Assembly: GCA_976551045.1 (NCBI GenBank)
Contig: CDPCPM010000471.1
Location: 2,108,001 to 2,172,000 of the forward strand
DNA: 64,000 bases
DNA from: Glaucostegus cemiculus
Lineage: Eukaryota
Reading direction: 5' to 3'
This document shows positions 53,813-64,000 of the stretch, in pieces (the stretch's first letter is position 1; each line of letters begins with the position of its first letter). The notes beneath the pieces are model-generated. The model saw nothing but the letters and a program-made list of their open reading frames with translations, did no database searches and was not told the origin of the DNA. The position numbers and the translations under genes were made by a program.

Positions 53813-55128
53813 TGCTGTGCTGTATCTCTCTGACTCAATGTAGAACCTATCCTAGTCCCTTTTCTCACACCCACCACAAGGCAGACCCTTGTCCGTGCAT
53901 AGTCTTGGAAGAGCATGATTGATTGCAGGGCATCCCTAAACAGATGCAACAACAACTTGCATTTGTGTAATGAGGTTACTTATAATCCAAGGAGCATCAA
54001 CAAACAGAATTTGACAGACGTGGAAATATCAAGACAGATGAAGAAATGCTTGAGGATAGAGATAGATTCTACAGAGAGCGATGGAATTCCAAAGGTTGGG
54101 ACCTCTTGCAATGGTGGAACAAAGAAGGCCAATCACATAGAGGTGGCTCAAACCTGGACCATCACAGAGGTCTTGGAGGACTTTTGGGCATGGGAGTTAC
54201 AGAAGCTGGGAGGAGAAAAGATTGTGGAGGGATTTGAAAACAAAGAATAGAATTTTACAAATGAAGGTGACATCAGAACCAGTGGTAATGCAGTGCAGTA
54301 GGCAGCAGGGACCTGATGCAGCATGGGATGGACCGTCTTGAGCTTAAGTGCTTCACTCTGCACCATTGCTCCTAATCTAAGTGCAGGGACATGGGAGGCA
54401 GTTTTAACAGAGGTTTCTAATACAGCCTTGTGTATTGGGAAGGGCTGCCTTCATAACAATGTAGTACTCTGGAATACCCTGCGAAATGGTGACCTTCAGT
54501 CAGGGCAGTGGTTTGTCAGTGAACGTGCACAGGTTGGGGCACAGATTCAGTCAGCAGTCTGAAGAGAAAAGACCTGAGGTGTCTGGTGAAAACAACATTA
54601 TGTTCGAACACACGTGCAGGATATATTGTCATATTTTTGATTTTATATAGATTAATGTATTTGGATTACAAATTGCTCCTTAGAGATTTTCATCTTTAAT
54701 GTTCCATGATGCTTTTAAATGGGCAATGTAAAACAAGAGATCTACTATTCACAATATTGTCAATATTATTGAAATTTGACAGATTGGCTTACAATTTCGA
54801 ATCATAACATTACAACCCAATTGTACTGATGCTTTCAGAAGCCTTTATATTGTAGGAATGTAGGAAATGTTCCCCTGAACAATAAAAGATTTTAATCTTG
54901 AATCCTTTAGCATGACACCACACTTAGCCATAGTATTTCATAAAAAGCAACCGTGCTCAGCTATTAATATTCAGTGCAGTTCAAAAGCAAAGCCCTGGAC
55001 TGAACAAAAGATGTGTGTAAGCTCACTAAATACTTTCTCAAATACTTCAAAAGGACATAAGCAGCTGGCTCTATTGGCAGAAGGTGAGAGGTTGAAAGCA
55101 GCTTGCGTATTGACAAGGTTCTACTCAC

Positions 55129-55173
55129 ATCATCAGTCCAGTGTTGGAGCGGGGAGACAAGAGCTGTCTCCAT
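55129..55173 (-). CDS. RAP1GAP: Candidate alternative first coding exon of RAP1GAP, METALVSPLQHWTDD
   Basis: gagATGG Kozak context, strong phase-0 donor GAT|gtgagt, in frame with the [12 protein letters not shown] exon, in unique non-repeat sequence. No homology could be confirmed. Confidence 0.55.
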
Positions 55174-56744
55174 CTCTGCATTCAGCTGCAGGAGCTGCCT
55201 GTTCAGCGTGTTGGCTGACCGGGAGAGTGTGACAATTCCTCAGCACAAGCACACCGGGGCACGCTGGATCAGAGTGAGACAGTTCCCCATTTCTTCTTCC
55301 TTAAAGTCGTTAGTTTGGACCTATTCCCCCAGCTCTGAGAGAATGTACCAGTGCTATGTGCATCTGCCATATCGTGCTTGAACAGTGAATGCAAGGGCTG
55401 GCTGTGCGCCAGCAAAGCAGGACTGCCTGTGCGAGACCTGGCGAGTAGCTGCGTGTTGCAACATTGCTGCTATGCATGAGGGAGAGTCGAGAGCCAGTCA
55501 CAAAAAGCCTTCCTTTCTCGTACACTCGGCAGAGGCTAGTGATTTGCCTCCTCACCTAATGCAGCCATGGGACATTTATTGGGATATTTTCGAGCTTAAA
55601 TGTGTTTGCTTAACTCTTACCAGCACCTTTAGATAATGCCAGGTTAGCACCTGAACAGGGGCTTAGCAAGTGCAGAGAACACAAAACAAACAGAAAAGAA
55701 AATTCATTCATCTCTGTTTAGCACCTGGTGGAATCGCTTCACACGATACCCAGGGGCAGGCGGACTGGCAGCTGAGGGGAGAAGAAAAAGGATCGACTGA
55801 TGGGTAGATAATAGCACTGCGGTGGGTGGGTAGGAGGCTCGAATGGGGAATAAACACGGACACGTGCTCTGGCTCTGTACTGGTGCCTCTATCACAGTAT
55901 ATAACCGTTTCACCTGAGGGCCTGGAGACTAAACAAAGCAGAATAGATTTACAGGTGTAAGTAAGACAATTTAGGCATGTTTTAAAGAGTTTCTGCCTGG
56001 TTACGTACAATGTACAAACTAGGAGTAGGGAATAGGCCACTCAGTCCATTAAGCCGGTTCTATCATTCATTAGGATTCTTGCTGATCCAAATGTGACCTC
56101 AGTTCCACGTTTCTGCCTGTCCTTCTGTGACCCCTTTACAGGCCCTGCTGACCACAACACTGGAGCAGACGCTTCTTGTTCCGTCTCATTCCAACACCGA
56201 CGTTTGTATTTCTCACAGGTTACCTGCACCCAACCATTATTTGCCAATAGAAATTGGATTAAGAGGTCACAATTTATCATCTTCTTTATTAACTCAATTC
56301 AACAATGAGCAGGTCACAATGAATACCTGGTATGATATAAGAAGGACGTTCCCATGCAACACAGGAGATGTAACTTATGTCCTTTTTATCTCTTCTCTTC
56401 CACTATCCAGGGACACAAACCGTGCTTCCTGATGAAGCAGCAATTCAGTTGCACTTCTTCATTTGAGGTAATTACATTTGGTGTTCATGAGGGGGTCTCC
56501 CCTCTTCAACATAAACAAAGACCCCACCAACCCCAGACATTCTCTCTTCTTCCCCCTCCCATCGGGCAGAAGATACAAAAGCCTGAAAGCACATATCATG
56601 TTGAAGGACAGCTTCTACCCCACTGTTATAAGACTATTGAATGGTCCCCTAGTACGATAAGATGGACCCTTGACCTCACAATCTACCTCATTATAACCTT
56701 GCAACTTATTGTCTGCCTGCACTGCACTTTCTCTATAACTGACA

Positions 56745-56979
56745 TGTAGCGACTCACGATATCGGGATCTGAAACGCCGTCAGCCGTCGCGGGGAAACGT
56801 GCGAGTTCCCGCGATAGTGCCGGAAGGCGGGACTTCCGGCGGGAGCATGACGTCACTTCCGCCAGCCATGTTTTTTGTAGTTCGGGATATGCGCGGCTTT
56901 TGGTAAGTTATTAAAAACGTGCTCGATCGAGTCTCTGTGTCCTCGTGTTCTTTTAAGTCACACCCTGCTGGCTGCTACA
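56745..56979 (+). repeat. 5' LTR
   Basis: TGTAGC...GCTACA termini; ATTAAA at 56910-15; 12 substitutions versus the 3' LTR by manual comparison (about 95% identical). Confidence 0.97.
56848..56861. promoter_or_regulatory. Overlapping ETS-CRE composite motif in the 5' LTR (second copy 60852-60865)
   Basis: TGACGTCACTTCCG, i.e. CGGAAGTGACGTCA on the minus strand. The motif is present; function is untested. Confidence 0.5.
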
Positions 56980-56981
56980 TT

Positions 56982-56995
56982 TGGTGACCCCGACG
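56982..56995 (+). promoter_or_regulatory. Primer-binding site complementary to the tRNA-Trp 3' end
   Basis: TGGTGACCCCGACG two nt after the 5' LTR; reverse complement of the vertebrate tRNA-Trp end ...CGTCGGGGTCACCA. Confidence 0.9.
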
Positions 56996-57017
56996 ATTCC
57001 AGACGGCATCTGGAATC

Positions 57018-57687
57018 ATGGATACTGACTCCCACAACGCCGTAGCACTCAAGCTCCCGGTTTTCTGGACCTCGCGGCCTCAAGTCTGGTTTGAACAGGC
57101 CGAGGCCCAGTTCAGCGTCAGGGGCATCGAAGCCGACGCCATGAAGTATTACTACGTGGTCAGTGCCCTCGACCAGGACACGGCCGGTCACATCATCGAT
57201 TTCCTACGCCAGCCACCGACGGAGGACAGGTACGCCCGAGTCAAGGCTCTCCTCATCCGCACGTTCGGCCTTTCCCTCAGCGACCGAGCCACGAGGCTCC
57301 ACCATATGGACGGCCTAGGCGACTGCAAGCCCTTTGAGTTGATGGACGAGATGCTGGCACTCATGGACGGCCATCAGCCATGTTTCCTGTTCCGGCAGCT
57401 ATTCCTCGAGCAACTCCCGGATGATATATGTCCCCTCCTCGCCGACGGAGATTTCAGCGACCCGCGTGCCCTCGCGGCCACAGCGGATGTCATTTGGTGC
57501 AGTCGGCGGCGAGGAGTGGCCTCCGCCTGCATAGCGGCGGCCTCACAGCCTCCGGCTAAGGTTCCGAAACCCAAACCGTTAAGGCCCAGGGCAGTGATGT
57601 TTCTACCACAAGAGGTGGGGGACGAATGCGCACTGCTGTCAGCCGCCGTGTTCTTTCCCAGGAAACGCCGAGGCCAGCCGTCGTTAG
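57018..57687 (+). pseudogene. gag: gag (frameshifted) with C-X2-H-X9-C-X3-C knuckle
   Basis: KLPVFW...WFEQAEAQF gag N-terminus; CFYHKRWGTNAHCCQPPC at 57598-57651 lies in the +1 frame and ends at TAG 57685-87. Confidence 0.88.
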
Positions 57688-60600
57688 TGGCTTCGACGGC
57701 TGGCCAGTGAGACAGCCTACTCTTCCTTTGGGACCGGCTCACTGGGCGGCGTTTCCTGGTGGATATGGGGGCCGAAATCAGCGTCCTTCCCCCCTCCAAC
57801 ATGGATACCCACAACGCGGTCAAAGGCCCTGAACTCACCGCTGCGAACGGCTCTACCATCCGCACCTACGGCCTGCGCACCATCCCATTACGTTTTGGGA
57901 CCAGTTCATTTACCTGGACTTTCACTGTAGCAGCAGTATCGCAGCCACTGCTAGGGGCGGATTTCCTGCGCGCCAACCGCTTGCTGGTCGATCTGAAGGG
58001 CCGGCGTCTGGTCCATGCTGAGACTTTCCAAAGCTACCAGCTCGGGAAGGCCCGGTCACCTGCCCCCTACCTTGACTCTGTTGCACTCTCCAACAACGAG
58101 TTTGCTAAGGTGTTGGCAGAGTTTCCTTCCATTATCATCCCGCAATTCTCCGCTGCAGTCCCCAAGCACGGCATGCAGCACTACATCATCACACAGGGAC
58201 CTCCACTACATGCCCGTGCCCGCAGGCTCCCGCCCGACAAGCTCCGCCTCGCCAAGGAGGAGTTTCACAGGATGGAAGAGTTGGGCATCATCCGCCGTTC
58301 CGACAGCCCATGGGCATCCCCGCTCCACATGGTGCCCAAAGCAGCGGGGGGCTGGAGACCCTGCGGAGACTACAGGAGGCTCAATGATGCCACGGCTGCC
58401 GACAGGTACCCTGTGCTCCACATCCAGGACTTCACAGCGAACCTCCATGGGGCGACCATTTTCTCTAGGATTGACCTGGTCCGGGGATACCATCAGATCC
58501 CTGTTCACCCCGACAACGTGCCCAAAACAGCCCTTATCACCCCCTTTGGGCTGTTCGAGTTCCTCCGAATGCCTTTTGGCCTAAAGAACGCCACCCAGAC
58601 TTTTCAACGGCTAATGGACTCGGTGAGCAGAGGCCTCGATTTCACTTTTGTGTACCTGGATGACATCCTGGTAGCCAGCAAGTCACGCAAGGAGCACTCA
58701 GCCCATCTCTGTCAGCTCTGCCAGCGCCTGAGCGACCACGGGTTGGTGATCAACTTGGCAAAGTGCCAGTTCGGGCTGCGGGAGATCGACTTCTTGGGCC
58801 ACAGGGTGAACCAGCATGGCACCGCCCCGCTACCTGACAAGTGCAGGCCGTCCTCCAATTTCCCAAGCCCTACATGGTCAAGGGCCTGCAAGAATTCATG
58901 GGAATAGTGAACTTCTACCACCGTTTTGTGCCCGCAGCAGCATGCATCATGCGGCCTTTGTTCGGACTCATGGCCGGCAAGGCCAAGGATGTTGTTTGGG
59001 ACGCGGAGGCCTCGGCAGCTTTCGATCAGGCTAAGGAGGCACTGGCCAAGGCAACACTTCTGGTGCACCCAAGAGTCGACGTCCCCACAGCGCTCACTGT
59101 CGATGCTTCCGACACGGCGGTCGGTGGAGTCTTGGAACAACTCGTTGAGGGCCAGTGGAGACCGCTCGCTTTTTTCAGCCGACATTTGTGGCCGTCAGAG
59201 GTCAGGTTCAGCGTTTTTGATAGGGAGCTGCTGGCTCTTTACCTGGTTGTCCGCCATTTCCGTTATTTCCTTGAGGGGAGGTACTTTACCATCTACAGGA
59301 CCACAAGCCCCTCACGTTTGCCCTGGCAAAGACGTCAGACCCATGGTCGGCTCGGCAGCAACGGCACCTCTCCTTCATTTCGGAGTTTACCACCGACATC
59401 CGCCACATCGCTGGGAAGAGCAATGTGGTCGCCGACACGCTGTCACACCCCCACATCCATTCAGCGACCACCCCAGCCACAGGCGTCGACTACATGGCGC
59501 TGGCACAAGCGCAGCAGGCAGACGACGAGATCCCGGCATACCGCACCGCGCTCTCTGGACTCCAGCTGGAAGATGTTCCTGTTGGCCCTATGGCGACCCA
59601 GCTCCTGTGTGACACGTCTACTGGCAGACCCCGGCCGGTGGTGCCAGCAGCGTGGAGATGACGGGTTTTCGACGCCCTGCATAGCCTGGCCCACCCGTCC
59701 ATCAGGGCGACTATCAAGATGGTGGCAGAAAAATTCGTCTGGCATGGTCTACGCAAGCAGGTGGGGCACTGGGCCAGAACCTGCGTGCACTGTCAGACGG
59801 CCAAGGTCCAGCGGCACGTGAAGGCTCCCCTCCAGCATTTTCAGCCAACGCTTGGCAGGTTCCAGCACATTCACGTGGACATCGTCGGACCACTGCCAGT
59901 TTCCTGGGGCGCCAGGTACATTTTCGCTGTGGTGGACAGGTTCACCAGGTGGCCAGAGGCAGTGCCGCTGGCAGACACGTCCACCGCGTCCTGTGCCAGA
60001 GCCCTCATTGCCCACTGGATTGCCCGGTTTGGCCTCCCGGCGGACGTTACCTCCGACCAAGGGGCACAGTTCACGTCCGGCTTGTGGACGGCACTGGCGC
60101 AGCTCCTGGGTTCCCACCTACATCACACCACAGCATACCACCCGCAGGCCAATGGTTTGGTGGAGCGTTTCCACCGGCACCTCAAGTCCGCCCTGATGGC
60201 TCACATGCAGGGACCTAACTGGACAGACGAGCTCCCCTGGGTCCTGCTGGGCATCCGTACGGCCCCCAAGGAAGATTTGGGCACCTCCTCAGCCGAGCTG
60301 GTCTACGGTTCCCCCCTCACGGTACCGGGCAAGTTCGTACCAGGGGCTCAGGACCCAGCAGGGACCCCGGAGTAAGTGTTAGCGAAGCTGCGGGCCAAGG
60401 TGGGGACGTTGGCACCGATCCCGGCCTCCAGGCACGTCACAGCGCCTTCTTTCGTTCTGAAGGACCTCCAGGGCTGTGAGTACGTTTTCATCTGCTGGGG
60501 AGCACATGGGTCGCCCCTGCAGAAGCCGTACGAGGGGCCTTTCCGAGTGGTCGGCGCAGTGGTTCAACATATGTCATCGAGGTTGGGGGTCGTGAGCAGA

Positions 60601-60748
60601 CTTTCACAGTGGACCGCCTGAAGCCGGCACATCTGGACATTGCACACCCGGTCAGGGTGCCTTCGCCACGCCAGCGGGGTAGGCCTCCCAAGCTGGGCGA
60701 TCAGGTTGATGGCCCTGCGCATCCGCTGGGCGTTTCTGGGGGGGGTGG
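57661..60748 (+). pseudogene. pol: pol (protease-RT-RNase H-integrase), disrupted
   Basis: FLVDMGA (DTG decayed); RT YLDD at 58653-64; RNase H VDAS; HHCC zinc finger; DDE core (HVDIVGP/TSDQG/VERFH); GPF motif. Frameshifts near 58840, 59296 and 60560; stops at 57708, 59659 and 60373. Confidence 0.95.
60738..60748 (+). promoter_or_regulatory. Polypurine tract
   Basis: GGGGGGGGTGG directly abutting the 3' LTR. Confidence 0.85.
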
Positions 60749-60983
60749 TGTAGCGACTCACGATGTTGGGATCTGAAACGCCGTCGGCCGTCGCGGGGAA
60801 ACGCGCGAGTTCCCGCGATAGTGCCGGAAGGCGGGACTTCCGGCGGGAGTATGACGTCACTTCCGCCGGCCATGTTTTTTGTAGTTCGGGATATGCTCGG
60901 CTTTTGGTAAGTTATTAAAAACGTGCTTGATCGAGTCTCCGTGTTCTCGTGTTCTTTTAAGTCGCACCCTGCTGGCTGCAACA
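60749..60983 (+). repeat. 3' LTR
   Basis: TGTAGC...GCAACA; colinear without indels with the 5' LTR; preceded by PPT. Confidence 0.97.
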
Positions 60984-62286
60984 GACACTTCATTCTGCAT
61001 TCTTTTATTGTTTTCCCTTGTATTACCTTAATGCAGTGTTGTAATGAAGTGATTTGTATGGATAGTATGCAAAACAATGTTTTTCACTCTAGCTCAGTAC
61101 ATGTGACAATAATAAACCAATTTACCAATTAAGATAAGATCTTTATTAGTTACATGTACAGTTAAACACACAGTGAAATACATCTTTTGCGTAGAGTGTT
61201 CTGGGGGCAGCCCACAAGTGTCACCATGCTTCTGGCACCAACATAGCATGCCCACAACTTCCTAACCCGTACGTCTTTGGAATGTGGGAGGAAACCGGAG
61301 AACCTGGAGGAAACCCACGCAAACATGGGGAGAACGTACAAACCCCTTGCAGACAGTGGACAGAATCAAACCCGGGTTGCTGGCGCTGTAAAGTGTTACG
61401 CTAACTGCTACACTACAGTAGTAATATACCCATTTACCTTTCACTTTTCCTCAGCATTGTATGTAATGATCATTATATTCCTCTTCTTTTGGACGCTTAC
61501 TGAGATCCCTGCTGTGATTTTGTTTGCAAAGAGATAGCCTTCACAAACAGTCGATAGTGTTATTTAGCTTGGTGATGTTTTTATGTCCATCTCTTGTTTC
61601 TTCCACTATTTATCATCATGTGTCTTCTTCCAGTCAATATAACAAGGTCTCTGCAACTATTGTGGACACCATTATTCTCAACTAATATAGGTTTGCCTGC
61701 AGAGGAATCAATGGTGTTTTCGTCGACAAAGCAAGGTTGCTTCAAGCAGCCCACTTGTGGTCAGATGGATCTCACCATCAGATTATTGACTTCGATCTGC
61801 AGGCAATTTTGGCCCTTTATCTGAAACTACAGTCGTGTGAAGCTACTATCCTCAATATCTCATCGAGTGCCTTGCCAGCCCTGAATTTATATTGTATTCA
61901 CGGATCACATTCTTGCGTTTCAGGTTAGTTTATATTAAAAATGAAATCAGCACCATTATGTATGGTATTTTTCAATTTCGCTACAGCTCACAGAAATCTA
62001 TACAACTGGTGCAGCTATTAGAACTGCTGCCTCACAGCACCAGAGACCTGAGTTCAATCCTGACCTCTGGTGCTGTCCGTGTGGAGTTTGCACATTCTCT
62101 CTGTGACCACTGGGTGCTCCAGTTTCCTCCCACAACCTATTTGCGGGTTGGTAGGTTAATTGGCCACTGTAAATTGCTCCTAGTGTGTAGATGAGTGGTG
62201 GGACAGTGAGGGGTGTGGGGAGTTGATGTGGGGAGAATGTAACAAATGGGATGAAATGGGTTCTTGCTGGTCAGTGCAGACTCAGT

Positions 62287-62868
62287 GGTAAATTGGTTTA
62301 CTATTGTCACATGTACCAAGGTGCAGTGAAACACTTGTCTTGCATACTATTCATACATATCAATTAATTACACGGTGCATCGAGACATACAAGGTAAAAT
62401 AATACAGAATGCAGAATGAAGTGTTACAGTTACAGAGAAAGTGCAGTGCAGGTAGACAATAAGGTGCAAGGTCATAATGAGGTAGATTTTGAGGTCACGT
62501 GTCCATCTTATCGTATAAAGGAACCATTCAATAGTCTTATAACAGTGGGATAGAAACTGTCCTTGAGCCTGGTGGTATGTGCTTTCAGGCTTTTGTATCT
62601 TCTGTCCAGGGTGGGTGGAGTCTTTGATATCAATGGCTGCTTTACTAAGGCAGTGAGAAGTGTAGACAGAGTCCATGAAAGGGATGCTGGCTTCCATGAT
62701 GTGCTGAGCTGTGTCCACAGCTCTCTGCTGTTTCTTATAGTCATGGCCAGAGCAGTTTGCACACCAAGCTGTGATGCATCCGGATAGGATGCTTTCTATG
62801 GTGCATCGATGAAAATCGGTGAGAGTGAATCAGGACATGCCAAATTTCTTTAGCCTCTTGGGGAAGCC
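62287..62868 (-). mobile_element. Rex/Babar-like LINE 3' fragment inserted in a V-SINE
   Basis: [27 protein letters not shown]; the SINE tail resumes at about 62869. Confidence 0.82.
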
Positions 62869-64000
62869 AAAATGCTGGTTCTGTGCTGTATGACTTTATA
62901 ATGTCTAGATTGGATGATCAGTACATTACATTAGCAATCCTTTAGGTCCTTGGAGAACGGGACAAATGTGTTGAGGGGTTCCAGTGATTTTGCCTTGGGC
63001 TTCACACCAGGACTGCAGAGCAATGGAACGCAAGGTGCAGCTGTACTGAATAATCCGCCAGGTTTGTTATCAGAAGAGAAAATAAACTCAAGTATATAAA
63101 TCTACTGAAGCATAGATTAAACTCCATCAATTGTATCAGAGTTCTGAATCTCAGAGTTTTATCTGCAGTTAAATCACGTCAACACAAATGTTGTACCTTT
63201 GTGGGAGCAGGTGACTGAACCTCAGGTTCTGTCAGCCTCAGGAGTGTGCAGCAAGGGTCGTCCATTCAAATGTCCATGATGAATGGTTCTACTTTCCTTG
63301 TCGAGTAGTTACACTGCACATTTTATGTGGCATTGCATTTTTTCAGCCATTTGGCCCACCAAGTGCATGCTGACCAGCAGACCACCTGTGTTAATCTCAC
63401 CCTCCAGCACCTGGTCCACAGCTTCCTCTGCCTCAGTGATTCAAGTGTTCATCCAGATACTAATTAAATGCTGTCAGCGACTTTGCTTCTGACACTCTCT
63501 CAGGCAGTGCACTCCAGGTACTCACCACCCCGAGTAAAAGAAAGGTCTCCCTCAGACACTCTCTAACCTTTCTGCAGTTGACTGCTCCTCCTTCGCTGGC
63601 CAGGATTTGAATGTGAGGACATTGTGAATTATACAGTGGGATTTTCCAACATAGGGTCGATGGACAACACTGTCAGTCCGTGACTTAGAGGCAGGCAGGG
63701 CACATGCCTGGGCTCACACCAACCAAAGCCAGAAAACAGAAAGCAGGGGAAACAGGATACAACTACAGCAACCTCTCCCAGTTAAAGAAGGGGCATTTTG
63801 CTGGAAAAAAGGCAGCAATTGCAGGGTCCTACGTGCTTCAGTCTGGACAGACAGACAAAATTCTGGATCACCATCTGAGAGTCTGAAGCCAACCACAGTA
63901 GCTGGGGAACTTTATCTCAAGAATTTAAACAAATCTGGAATTTAACAGAAAAGGCTGGTCTCAGTAACAATGAGCATGAAGTTATTGGATCATTTTAAAA

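Larger units (their letters stand above)
56745..60983 (+). mobile_element. Full-length (4239 bp) degenerate Gypsy/Metaviridae LTR retrotransposon, CsRn1/Kabuki/Boudicca-like
   Basis: Two 235-bp LTRs, 4-bp TSD GACA (56741-44, 60984-87), PBS, PPT, gag, and pol in PR-RT-RH-IN order. Confidence 0.97.
56515..61130 (+). mobile_element. Rex/Babar 3' fragment split by the Gypsy element (56515-56744 and 60988-61130)
   Basis: [27 protein letters not shown]; removing the LTR element restores ctctataactgaca|cttcattctgcattc. Confidence 0.85.

Noticed and set aside
57374-60860. Many antisense and alternate-frame ORFs inside the Gypsy element, or an env gene
   Set aside because: By-product of high GC; pol runs up to the PPT, leaving no room for env.
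61776-61820. Possible 45-nt phase-0 exon (IKGQNCLQIEVNNLM) with ag/gtgaga boundaries
   Set aside because: No similarity to recalled RAP1GAP N-terminal exons; splice signals alone are insufficient.

Overview
Eukaryotic vertebrate genomic DNA. The repeat families (HER1-like CR1 LINEs, V-SINEs, SacSINE1-like Deu-SINEs, Penelope derivatives) suggest an elasmobranch (shark/ray); this is inference. The backbone is a minus-strand RAP1GAP gene. I reconstructed 17 GT-AG coding exons (49522 down to 1588, 1637 nt) that join in one open frame, from the GoLoco motif through the RapGAP domain (KRHIGND asparagine thumb) into the C-terminal phospho-regulated region. The gene runs off the left edge. A candidate alternative first exon lies at about 55129-55290. 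A full-length but mutationally dead 4.24-kb Gypsy LTR retrotransposon of the CsRn1/Kabuki/Boudicca type occupies 56745-60983 (235-bp LTRs, GACA TSD, tRNA-Trp PBS, CHCC gag knuckle). Introns are dense with CR1, Rex/Babar, SINE and Penelope-derived fragments, often nested, and there are two N gaps. Best leads: an in-frame MGNC-starting uORF separated from RAP1GAP by a single TGA; a Rbfox/Nova-flanked duplicated cassette exon; LTRs carrying an ETS-CRE composite promoter motif near the candidate first exon; and Penelope-derived fold-back elements with hammerhead-like centres, one collapsed into a perfect 24-bp hairpin. No clearly new multi-gene system is demonstrable from sequence alone. Most short ORFs in the track are repeat-derived noise.
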